NCBI GenBank assembly: GCA_950097015.1
Contig: CATNEN010000005.1
Coordinates: forward strand, 2,852,001 to 2,916,000
Direction of reading: 5' to 3'
Length of the DNA: 64,000 nucleotides
DNA from: Macrostomum hystrix
Lineage: Eukaryota > Animalia > Platyhelminthes
Part shown: piece after piece, positions 47,547-59,800 of the stretch
Numbering within the stretch: position 1 is the stretch's first letter
How the letters are laid out: each line of letters begins with the position of its first letter
Translations under genes and position numbers: made by a program
The notes under the pieces: model-generated
Database searches by the model: none
What the model was told of the DNA's origin: nothing
Seen by the model: the letters and a program-made list of their open reading frames with translations, nothing else

Positions 47547-50227
47547 GGGATCGGATCTATTTTTAGCACTGAGTCAGAAACCGAAAACAACGTAAGGAAC
47601 ACGTTGGGGAGGCCCAGATTTGCAGCAGCAAATGAGACACAACACAGTCGCCCGATGTGGGGGTGGGGGCATGGGCGAATCCGCGAGGAAAGGAAAGTTC
47701 TAGAATTTTGTCTCCTAATTTTAGCTCAAATTCGTCAGTTGCTATTTTTAGCATACGGGCTCGCCGTGGCGCCGGTCCCAAGTAGCTGTGGCAAGCCACC
47801 ACACGCGGGTTGGAGGGGGTGGGCGCCGGCTTGTTTCTCTCCTGCCCTGCCCTGCTCAGTTCATCAGGTTCACTTTGGTCACGCGGAGGATGGTGAGAAA
47901 GACATTAGAGAAGGGTGAGGGACGAGGGTAAGTCCTGCTTGGCGCGCTCGATTAGCGAAGTACGCAGCGTCATTCAAATTCACTACTGAGAGAAAAAGGA
48001 ACTTCGTTCCCAGGGATAACTGCGCTGAATTTAATATTTAGAAAAAAACCAAGGGAGTTTATTATCTTAGTTTTTCTGAATTCTGTCTACATCATTTAAA
48101 ACCAAAACTACGATTCTCTCTTTAAAACAGATAAAGTTTAACCTGTTCTGCTTAAAATCTTAGATGATATAATATATTTACAGGCGGACCAATAAATATA
48201 ATCAATAATATAAATTATTTTGAACATCTAAAATCGAACATGTAAACAAAAATATAAATAGCCTAAACTCAGATCCAATTTTCCCTCACGTATTGACTGT
48301 TGTAATTGCGTTCCGACCGGCCCTCTCCAAAGTCCAGCCGCTCGACTTCCATTGCTTTCCTAGTTTTTTTGTCAGCTGATAGTAGGGGATCAGTGTACAC
48401 ATGTAGGTACACTGCAATTTCCGATACTGTTTATAAAAATGTGAGTTCAAGAATTGTTATTGCTTTTTATTTGCCGTATTAGTATTCAAAATCTATTAAA
48501 CATCAAATATGCAGGCTTGCGTTACGGTTCCACTGATTTCGAACAGTATGATTTCATTTGCGAAACTGGTTCCTCATTAAACTGAACTTGACAAAGCGTT
48601 AACGTGTATAGTTCCATGTTGTCCACCCCTAAAAGGGGTTGGGTAAATCTTACGAAATTTGTTTCAAGGTCAATCGTAATGCGAACGTTTCTCTGCCACG
48701 TCCTCTTCTCCCTCTTACCCCCTCAAGTGACAAATGTACGTAATAGTAAGCAATCCTCGCGTACATTCTATTTTTAGAACAAGCACTGACTGCCCTCCAG
48801 ACAGATTGGAATTTGGCCTGCACATGAAAACAGAACTTGGTCTAGCTAGCGTGTTGTTCACGTTGGCACAATGCGTCATTCCTGTCCATTGATCCTGCAT
48901 TTCGTCGAGTAAGTCGACGGAAATTTCCTAGAATAACATTCGTTTTTTAAAGCAACTGCAACTATTCTACTGCCCTGAGTAGACGTTTGATTACAGAGCA
49001 ACTCGTTTGTCAATTTTTAAGTTGGCCTAGCACTTTATTGTTTCCGACATTAGAACTTAGCCAATTCTAATCAATGCTTAGCTTTCCTAATTGGCAGAAC
49101 TTTTCAGAGGAAATAAAACTCCCACATACTGCCAAATTTCTATGCGAATCTAAATTGCGAATAACAGCCTATATTACACCCGAAAAACAGAGCCTAGCAC
49201 TGCCGAAGAGACACGCAATCATGTCACACAGCTAGATTCGTCATGCAAAATAACCCGGGGTATGCAAGTGTAAACATATTTTCAAAGCATGGAAACAAGT
49301 GTATTACTGAATTTTATAGTTTATTGTTTTCCAATTCGCATGTGTGGTCGTTATGAATGATTTGGTATTATGAAAGTTGGGTTTCTAACCATGTGTTTAA
49401 TCTGAGTGGTTTATTAGAATTGTTAATCATTTAACACATCTTATTACCCTTGGCATTCTTTAGCACCGGTCATTACCAATTTACTTTATTTATGGTATTT
49501 TATTGCTATTGTACTTTAATAAAGCACAGGTAAATAACACCGTTATTACAGGGAAACAATTTTAACGCAGAACAATGAAGCTGACAGAAAAAGGCACAAC
49601 AGTCGTGAAAATGTCTAGTGTTTGCTTTACAACTCTGAGAAAAATGCCCACATTTCTACTTTAAGTAGCAGGAGCGACTTTTTGTATTCTCTTTAACCGA
49701 ATCTTTTCATACTATTAAGTATGAGAAAAAGCCCTGAAAACCAATAAACTGACAGATGACAAATAAGATTTGATTAGATGAAAACGCTTAAGACAACATA
49801 ATTACAAAACAAGTAAATTTAAATTGAGAAACAGAGCTTTTTTGTTTATCTATTTTAAATAGCAGAAGAATACTTTTTAAACACTTGTTTGTGCACTTGT
49901 CACGAAACAAAAAAGAAATATTTAAAATATAAAGAAACGGAGAACAAGTTTTTATTACAATTACAACTATGATAAGATTGGTAAGTATTGGTAAGCGAAA
50001 ATTACAAATGCAGAAGATTGTAAAGCTTTAAATAACGAAAAACCGGTTAAATGTAAAGTTCAGGGACGAGATCTGACTTCAGGTCAACTGAATGACCTAA
50101 TCAGACAAATACTTGTAATTGCCTGACCAACGGCCCAACTAGTTGGCCTTTTAGATAGACCCTATAATTGGTAAATTAAGAAACAACTTTAACTGTTCTA
50201 TCAAACATATTTTTAGGATGACTTCTC

Positions 50228-50490
50228 TAATTAGCCAATCAAATGGACCCACTAATTGGCCAATCAAATTTATCCTCTAATTGGCCAATCAAATGGACCC
50301 ACTAATTGGCCAATCAAACGGTCCCTCTAATTGGCCAATCAAATTTATCCTCTAATTGGCCAATCAAATTTATCCTCTAATTGGCCAATCAAATGGATCC
50401 TCTAATTGGCCAATCAAACGGTCCCTCTAATTGGCCAATCAAACGGTCCCTCTAATTGGCCAATCAAATGGACCCTCTAATAAGCCAATT
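50228..50490. repeat. 25-bp tandem repeat carrying palindromic ATTGGCCAAT
   Basis: Unit CTAATTGGCCAATCAAA(TGGACC/TTTATC/CGGTCC)CT; nine perfect palindromes plus two variants. Confidence 0.95.
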
Positions 50491-50589
50491 AATTTGTTTG
50501 AAAATCAGCGTGATCATTAGAAGTTGTTGCGGCCGATTAAGAAACTTGAAGAAGTCATCAATTAAATCAATCAATTAAAGACGTGTCAG

Positions 50590-53500
50590 TCAGTCCTGAA
50601 TGGTGACACAGCCGCAGTTGACGCACACACAGTACAGTCTACTATCAGAGGCCGCAGCGGCAGTGTCAAGAGAATCAACATCAACAGAGCTAGCTAGCCA
50701 AAGTTTGGTAGCGGTTCTAGCTAGCGTTCCGCGCCTAATATCGACACCGTCGGCCAGAGTGTCTCTAAACTCCCAATCGTCAATTTCGACATCCGACTCG
50801 CCAGTTCTGCCAAAGATTCGGCGCACAGAGGACGCTGTTAAAGTGCAAGTGCGACTGCAGCCGCAATGAGCGCAATTGTGCGAGTCGAGGCGCAACAGTC
50901 GGATCGCGCTGGTCAGTTGCTGGCTGATTGGCTGCCTCGGATCGATGCGCAGACAATCCACTTGGGTGCAGCCAATGAGGCGAGCACTGGCCTGCTTGCA
51001 ATAGCCACCGGCGGCTAGGAAAGCGCGGCGAACTACAGAGGAACCGTCGGCACCTTTGATGTTGGGGGAGTTGGATTTAGTACAATCGACTAGCAATCAA
51101 TTCCCCATTTAGGGGGCAGGCAGAAATTCGGGACCTATATTGATCTTCTCTAGTAATTCAATCACACCTGCCCCAATTGGGCCAGATGTGCAGCCAACAG
51201 CACAGCCGCAGTTATTGCGCCGCGCATCCGAAGGCTGCGTACGGCTGCTCAGTCCATGGAGTTGAGAATCGAACCCCCGACTTTCAAATCGTGAGTCTGA
51301 CGCTCTAACCACGAGGTTGTTAACCCACCCTAGCAACTTCTGCATTTCAATCGAATCTCCATTTGTTAATGAAATTGAATATGATATAACAAAAGTAAGG
51401 AGTTTGAAACTCAGTGGTTAGAGCGTCGAACCCACGACTTGAAGGTCGGGGGTTCGATTTCCGACTCCACTAGAACAATTTGTGTCTATTAGCAAGTGAG
51501 GTCTGGAGTGCCCAATGGGAAATAATTGAAAAAGATACTCAAATGCTTATTGTTTCAGTTCACCTGGAACGCCCTGATCGTTTTGGCACGTCCACCCAGT
51601 CCAAGGACTGTAATTTAAAAGCCAGCATAGTCACTCACCATTGTCAAGGCTCAGTAGTCGTCGAATGGTAGCCTCTCGACCTTCGTCTATTGTGCCAGCC
51701 GGTACACAGACAATTTCAATAAAATCACCGGTAGCAGATCTTAGCCTAGAATCGAGGCCGCGCAATGCAGGATCAATGCCAACTGCTAGACTTACGCGCT
51801 TATTTCTACTATCAGTAGTATTGCTGCTTGTGCTAGCAGATTTCGATACTTTGACAGGCTTATCAACTGGCAGAAACATTGCTTCAACTAGAGTGGAAGA
51901 AGCAGTTTTAGAGGCTCGATCTAGCACGGCCTGACGCACCAACAGAGGACAGAGTGCGTCCAAGGCAGCGTACACAATCTGGCCGGGTCGGAGAGGTCTG
52001 CGAGACCAGTCGCTTAATTGTTCTGATTTGTCTAGCCGACGGCCGAGTACTTTTAGTGACAATTCACTGAGACCGCGCTCAGCAACACTGAACAATGGAC
52101 CAGCATTGTCAGCCGATTGTTCCGGATGCAACAATTGCGGATAATCCATTGCTAATCTTTTTGATAGGCCGTCTAAATCGACTAGGCCGTCCGGCTGAGG
52201 CAGGCATAGCGATTGTCGACAAAATTGAACAGTCGAATACAGGCGTCGCAGATCTTCTTGAATGCCCATGCCGAATTTCGGTACGGAACGATTGGCTAGC
52301 ACGGCGTAGAGCCGGCGCCAACATAAGTCTGCGTTATCAGCTGTTGCTAATGACAACAACTGCGGCACATCGAAAAGATAGACTCGACAATTGGGCTCCA
52401 CTGCTATTTGTAATAGTTGAACATCGCATTGGGAGCTCGCATTGGTCCATTCGGCGTCCACGCCAAGACGACAGGCGGACTGTTTGTTGAATGTTGAAGC
52501 GAATGGATTCAGTTCCTCTCAGGTTCCTTCCAACCTCCAAGGCACAATGAGAATGTACACTGCCTGACTATGAGAAATTCTGGGCAGATCCTGTACACAC
52601 CCCCTGTTGTTAGGAGTCAGCGAAATGGGCAGAATTGCCGACTAGCTGGCTGCTGGTCTAGTGTCACTAAACAAAGTGCCAATGCCCGCAGCCATCCTAC
52701 AAATATTATTATATAAATAAATTTATTTGTTTGCACTCAATCTTTCAACATTTATTATCTTCTTAATGTACTTCTAAACATTCTATATCGGCTTCTCCTT
52801 CTTTCGTTATCTACTTCTCATTCATTCGTTATCTACTTCTCATTCATTCGTTATCTACTTCTCATTCTTTCCTTATCTACCTCTCATTTATTCGTTATCT
52901 ACTTCTCATTCTTTCGTTATCTACTTCTCCTTCTTTTGTTATCTACTTCTCATTGTTTCCTTATCTACCTCTCATTTATTCGTTATCTATTTCTCATTCT
53001 TTCGTTATCTACTTCTCATTCTTTCGTTATCTACTTCTCATTGTTTCCTTATCTACCTCTCATTTATTCGTCATCTACATCCTGTTCTTTCGTTATCTAC
53101 TTCTCATATCTTCCGTAGCTACTTCTTATTCTGTCCTAATCTTTCAACATTATTTTTCTACCTCACAATATTTCGTAATATTATTTTTTAGTTTCTCAGA
53201 ATTATTCATACCAATATTAAGAGTATTTTTCCCTACAAGATTCAATCACCAAATAGCCCAATATTTCTCTCCTTCCCTTTCTCCTGCTTCGATCCTCTCT
53301 CTAACCACGTCGATTGCCCTGCTATCGGTCCTCGCTATCGAACAAAGCAGAGAGGCGAAAATTCAGCCGATAAAAATCATTCGGTTTTACGTTTAGCCGG
53401 TTTAAAAATAATCTTAAAAGGACAAAAATAGCCAGCTTTAGAGCAGTCAGAAGGTTCTCAGAGCATGGGCGGCAACCAGTCCTGGCTAGCCTGCGACCGT

Positions 53501-53781
53501 ACATATCCCACTGCTAAGCCTAGCAGATTGTATCCCAACCATGACAGTCAGCAAGAGAACGAAGACACTGATGCCGGAAGATTGCCATTGGCGGTGCTGA
53601 TGTTTCTAACAGCGCTGCTAGGCGTTCTGGCTTTCACCTGTCTGGCTAATTGTCTGGCTATTGGTTGCGGTTGTTGCCAAGTTAAAAAGTCCGATTCAAT
53701 GCTAGATAGCCGACCTGAGGTGGATCAAGACGAAGAAGATGAAGACGAAGGCTCTATCGAAGTGATTTCGGATAGTCAGCA

Positions 53782-53813
<32 letters not shown>

Positions 53814-56800
53814 TAATAGAAGCTGCGGCAGTTCAATCTCCTGCTGGTTACCATGACAACGCAGGATTCAACTATTATTATTAAACTCTGGGACAGGTGA
53901 ACAAAACATACTCAACGAAATCTGATTCAGTTTGAGATAACATGTGATATGAAACTTTATCTGAACTGACTGAGAATTGACCTGAACTGATTGAGAAGTG
54001 ACATGAACTGATTGAGAATTGACCTGAACTGACGGATAATTAACCTGAACTGATTGACAATTGACCTGAACTGATTGAGAATAGACCTGAACTGATTGAC
54101 AATTGACCTGAACTGATTGAGAATTGACCTTGAACTGATTAAGAATTGACCTGAACTGATTGAAAATTGACCTGAACTGATTGAGAATTGACCTGAACTG
54201 ATTGAGAATTGAGCTGAACTGATTGAGAATTGACCTGAACTGATTGAGAAGTGACCTGAACTGATTGAGAATTGACCTGAACTGATTGAGAAGTGACATG
54301 AACTGATTGAGAATTGACCTGAACTGATTGAGAATTGATCTGAACTGATTAAGAATTGACCTGAACTGATTGAGAATTGACCTGAACTGATTGAGAATTG
54401 ACCTGAACTGATTGAGAATTGACCTGAACTGATTGAGAATTGACCTGAACTGACTAAGAATTGACCTGAACTGACTGAGAATTGACCTGAACTGATTAAG
54501 AATTGACCTGAACTGATTGAGAATTGACCTGAACTGATTGAGAATTGACCTGAACTGATTGAGAATTGACCTGAACTGATTGAGAATTGACCTGAACTGA
54601 CTAAGAATTGACCTGAACTGACTGAGAATTGACCTGAACTGATTAAGAATTGACCTGAACTGACTGAGAATTGACCTGAACTGATTAAGAATTGACCTGA
54701 ACTGATTGAGAATTGACCTGAACTGATTGAGAATTGACCTGAACTGACTAAGAATTGACCTGAACTGACTGAGAATTGACCTGAACTGATTAAGAATTGA
54801 CCTGAACTGATTGAGAATTGACCTGAACTGATTGAGAATTGACCTGAACTGATTGAGAATTGACCTGAACTGATTGAGAATTGACCTGAACTGATTGAGA
54901 ATTGACCTGAACTGATTGAGAATTGACCTGAACTGATTGAGAATTGACCTGAACTGATTGAGAATTGACATGAACTGATTGAGAATTGACCTGAACTGAT
55001 TGAGAATTGACCTGAACTGATTGAGAATTGACCTGAACTGATTGAGAATTGACCTGAACTGACTAAGAATTGACCTGAACTGACTGAGAATTGACCTGAA
55101 CTGATTAAGAATTGACCTGAACTGATTGAGAATTGACCTGAACTGACTGATAAGTGACCTGAACTGATTGAGAATTGACCTGAACTGATTGAGAATTGAC
55201 CTGAACTGATTGAGAATTGACCTGAACTGATTGAGAATTGACATGAACTGATTGAGAATTGACCTGAACTGATTGAGAATTGACCTGAACTGATTGAGAA
55301 TTGACCTGAACTGATTGAGAATTGACCTGAACTGATTGAGAATTGACATGAACTGATTGAGAATTGACCTGAACTGATTGAGAATTGACCTGAACTGATT
55401 GAGAATTGACCTGAACTGATTGAGAATTGACCTGAACTGACTAAGAATTGACCTGAACTGACTGAGAATTGACCTGAACTGATTAAGAATTGACCTGAAC
55501 TGATTGAGAATTGACCTGAACTGATTGAGAATTGACCTGAACTGATTGAGAATTGACCTGAACTGATTGAGAATTGACCTGAACTGATTGAGAATTGACC
55601 TGAACTGATTGAGAATTGACCTGAACTGATTGAGAATTGACCTGAACTGATTGAGAATTGACCTGAACTGATTGAGAATTGACCTGAACTGATTGAGAAT
55701 TGACCTGAACTGACTGATAAGTGACCTGAACTGATTGAGAATTGACCTGAACTGATTGAGAATTGACCTGAACTGACTGATAAGTGACCTGAACTGATTG
55801 AGAATTGACCTGAACTGATTGAGAATTGACCTGAACTGATTGAGAATTGACCTGAACTGATTGAGAATTGACATGAACTGATTGAGAATTGACCTGAACT
55901 GATTGAGAATTGACCTGAACTGACTGATAAGTGACCTGAACTGATTGAGAATTGACCTGAACTGATTGAGAATTGACCTGAACTGATTGAGAATTGACCT
56001 GAACTGATTGAGAATTGACATGAACTGATTGAGAATTGACCTGAACTGATTGAGAATTGACCTGAACTGATTGAGAATTGACATGAACTGATTGAGAATT
56101 GACCTGAACTGATTGAGAATTGACCTGAACTGATTGAGAATTGACCTGAACTGATTGAGAATTGACATGAACTGATTGAGAATTGACCTGAACTGATTGA
56201 GAATTGACCTGAAATGACTCAGAATTGATCTGAACTGATTGAGAATTGACCTGAACTGATTGAGAATTGACCTGAACTGATTGAGAATTGACCTGAACTG
56301 ATTGAGAATTGACCTGAACTGATTGAGAATTGACCTGAACTGATTGAGAATTGACCTGAACTGATTGAGAATTGACCTGAACTGATTGAGAATTGACCTG
56401 AACTGATTGAGAATTGACCTGAACTGATTGAGAATTGACATGAACTGATTGAGAATTGACCTGAACTGATTGAGAATTGACCTGAACTGACTGATAATTG
56501 ACCTGAACTGATTGAGAATTGACCTGAACTGATTGAGAATTGACATGAACTGATTGAGAATTGACCTGAACTGATTGAGAATTGACCTGAACTGACTGAT
56601 AATTGACCTGAACTGATTGAGAATTGACCTGAACTGACTGATAATTGACCTGAACTGATTGAGAATTGACCTGAACTGATTGAGAATTGACCTGAACTGA
56701 TTGAGAATTGACCTGAACTGATTGAGAATTGACCTGAACTGATTGAGAATTGACATGAACTGATTGAGAATTGACCTGAACTGATTGAGAATTGACCTGA

Positions 56801-59800
56801 ACTGATTGAGAATTGACCTGAACTGATTGAGAATTGACATGAACTGATTGAGAATTGACCTGAACTGATTGAGAATTGACCTGAACTGATTGAGAATTGA
56901 CATGAACTGATTGAGAATTGACCTGAACTGATTGAGAATTGACCTGAACTGATTGAGAATTGACCTGAACTGATTGAGAATTGACCTGAACTGATTGAGA
57001 ATTGACCTGAACTGATTGAGAATTGACATGAACTGATTGAGAATTGACCTGAACTGATTGAGAATTGACCTGAACTGACTGATAATTGACCTGAACTGAT
57101 TGAGAATTGACCTGAACTGACTGATAATTGACCTGAACTGATTGAGAATTGACCTGAACTGATTGAGAATTGACCTGAACTGATTGAGAATTGACCTGAA
57201 CTGATTGAGAATTGACATGAACTGATTGAGAATTGACCTGAACTGATTGAGAATTGACCTGAACTGATTGAGAATTGACCTGAACTGATTGAGAATTGAC
57301 ATGAACTGATTGAGAATTGACCTGAACTGATTGAGAATTGACATGAACTGATTGAGAATTGACCTGAACTGATTGAGAATTGACATGAACTGACTGAGAA
57401 CTAACCTGAAATGACTCAGAATTGATCTGAACTGTCTGGGCATTGACCTGAACTGATTGAGAATTGAACTGAATTGATTGAGAATTGAACTGAATTGATT
57501 GAGAATTTACCTAAAAGGATTTAGAAGTGACCTGAACAGATTGAGAGGTGAACTGAACTGATTTCAGTACCACTTAATGATTTACTGAAACTAACCTTCC
57601 GAACTGCTTAATTATAAAAATAAAATATGTTCGCTGCTGATTACTGAAAGCAACTACGAGTATTTGAATGAGGCTCGAAATTTTCTGTTGGTTATTTGTA
57701 TACGTAAAACTTCCAAGAAATAGAAAAAGTTGTATTAGCTAACCTCAATATGGCCCAGAGCTGTGACAAACTGACCAACTGATTCGATCAGAGCAATGTC
57801 TGTCAGTTTCAGCGGGAACAGCAATATTGGCCCACTGCCGGGCGACTCCGAAAACCTGCCTCTCTGGCTAGCGCTGTCACCAATGTAGTCTGCGTCTCGA
57901 TCCTGACTGCCAGTGTCTTCATCGTCAACGACGTCTTCGTGGGCAGCCGATGCTGGCAGCTGACACCAAACTGGGTAACGATCCTGTGGAGATAGATTGG
58001 AGAACTGACTAGCTAAACCTCATTTAGCTAACCTAAGTCATGTAGCTCTAACCTAAACCTCATTTAGCTAACCTAAGTCATGTAGCTCTAACCTAAACCT
58101 CATGTAGCTAACCTAAGTCATGTAGCTCTAACCTAAACCTCATGTAGCTAACCTAAGTCATGTAGCTCTAACCTAAACCTCATGTAGCTAACCTAAGTCA
58201 TGTAGCTCTAACCTAAACCTCATGTAGCTAACCTAAGTCATGTAGCTCTAACCTAAACCTCATGTAGCTAACCTAAGTCATGTAGCTCTAACCTAAACCT
58301 CATGTAGCTAACCTAAGTCATGTAGCTCTAACCTAAACCTCATTTAGCTAACCTAAGTCATGTAGCTCTAACCTAAACCTCATTTAGCTAACTTAAGTCA
58401 TGTAGCTCTAACCTAAACCTCATGTAGCTAACCTAAGTCATGTAGCTCTAACCTAAACCTCATGTATCTAACCTAAGTCATGTAGCTCTAACCTAAACCT
58501 CATTTAGCTAACCTAAGTCATGTAGTTCTAACCTAAACCTCATGTAGCTAACCTAAGTCATGTAGCTCTAACCTAAACCTCATGTAGCTAACCTAAGTCA
58601 TGTAGCTCTAACCTAAACCTCATGTAGCTAACCTAAGTCATGTAGCTCTAACCTAAACCTCATTTAGCTAACCTAAGTCATGTAGCTCTAACCTAAACCT
58701 CATTTAGCTAACCTAAGTCATGTAGCTCTAACCTAAAACTAGTAGCTCTAACCTAAAACTAGTAACCCTAACCTAAAACTAGTAGCTCCAACCTAAAAAC
58801 CTATAGCCCCAACCTAAAAACCTGTTGCTCTAATTTTGCACACTGATTATTATACTTTCTCACCTGCAACAGTTGCGGCAAGTCTTGCATATCCCAGCAA
58901 AAATCTTCAATAGCGTAGGCCAACGCCTCGTCTAAGCTGCCATGCTGCGTCAGTGTCCCGACAACTTCCTGCTGCAGCTCGCGATCTTCGATGTCAATCA
59001 GCTGTTCGAGGCGTTCCGACATTGCGGCTCGACTTAGGCAACGATGAATGAGTCGCCTGTTGGTGTGCAGAAATTGTCATCAAATCATACAATTTAATTT
59101 AAAACGGTCAGGCAAATTTAGTCAGTTTTTAGTTCGAGCTTGACAATCCGGTTGTCCCAATTGCATTATTTATAATCATAAACAATATATCAAGCTAAAT
59201 AAACTAACTTTGCGACAATCTAAAACAGATTTCCTCTACTGTAAATAATTATCGAAGTATTATACGAGCCTCGTACGATAAAAAGCATTATTATGAAAAA
59301 AAAGAAAGTAAAAATCAAGGAAAAATGAGAAACAACAATCTATTAAATCTTAAAAAATCCACATGAGAACCAACAATCTCGTCATCAGGATCAAGAATCT
59401 CATAATGAGAATGAAGAATCTCATCATGAGAATCAAGAATCTCATCATTAGAATCAAGAATCTCATCATGAGAATCAAGAATCTCATCATGAGAATCAAG
59501 AATCTCATCATGAGAATCAAGAATCTCATGATCAAGAATCGTGAGCCCCTCAACTCACTGCTGTAGCAGGAAGCGGACCTTGGCGGCAGTCTGTTTCCGG
59601 GCCCTGGCTGGGCACACAGCAGCGGCATCCAAGCCGAACTTCTTAGACAGCCGGTCCAGCAGTTTGCGCAGCTGCTGGGGAAACAGTTTGTCGGCTCGCA
59701 GATCCGGCAGTCGGCGATCGTTCAGCTCCAGCACCAGATTCCGACGCGTTTCCAGGGCGTCGTCAAGGCAACGCAGAGCGGCAATCTGGGCCTGGGGACT

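Noticed and set aside
51411-51480. tRNA gene (also 61310-61373 and the GAGTTCGAATCC fragments near 19580 and 24070)
   Set aside because: A and B boxes are present but no acceptor stem or complete cloverleaf; shared flanks identify them as SINE heads or decayed fragments.
53868-57443. 1191-aa minus-strand ORF (SILNQFR repeats)
   Set aside because: It coincides with a 21-bp intronic satellite whose consensus lacks stops in all three minus frames, so a long ORF is expected by chance; no domain or non-repetitive coding context.
58010-58800. Interstitial telomere-like repeat (AACCTAA)
   Set aside because: The motif is embedded in a 40-bp unit rather than forming tandem telomeric hexamers or pentamers.
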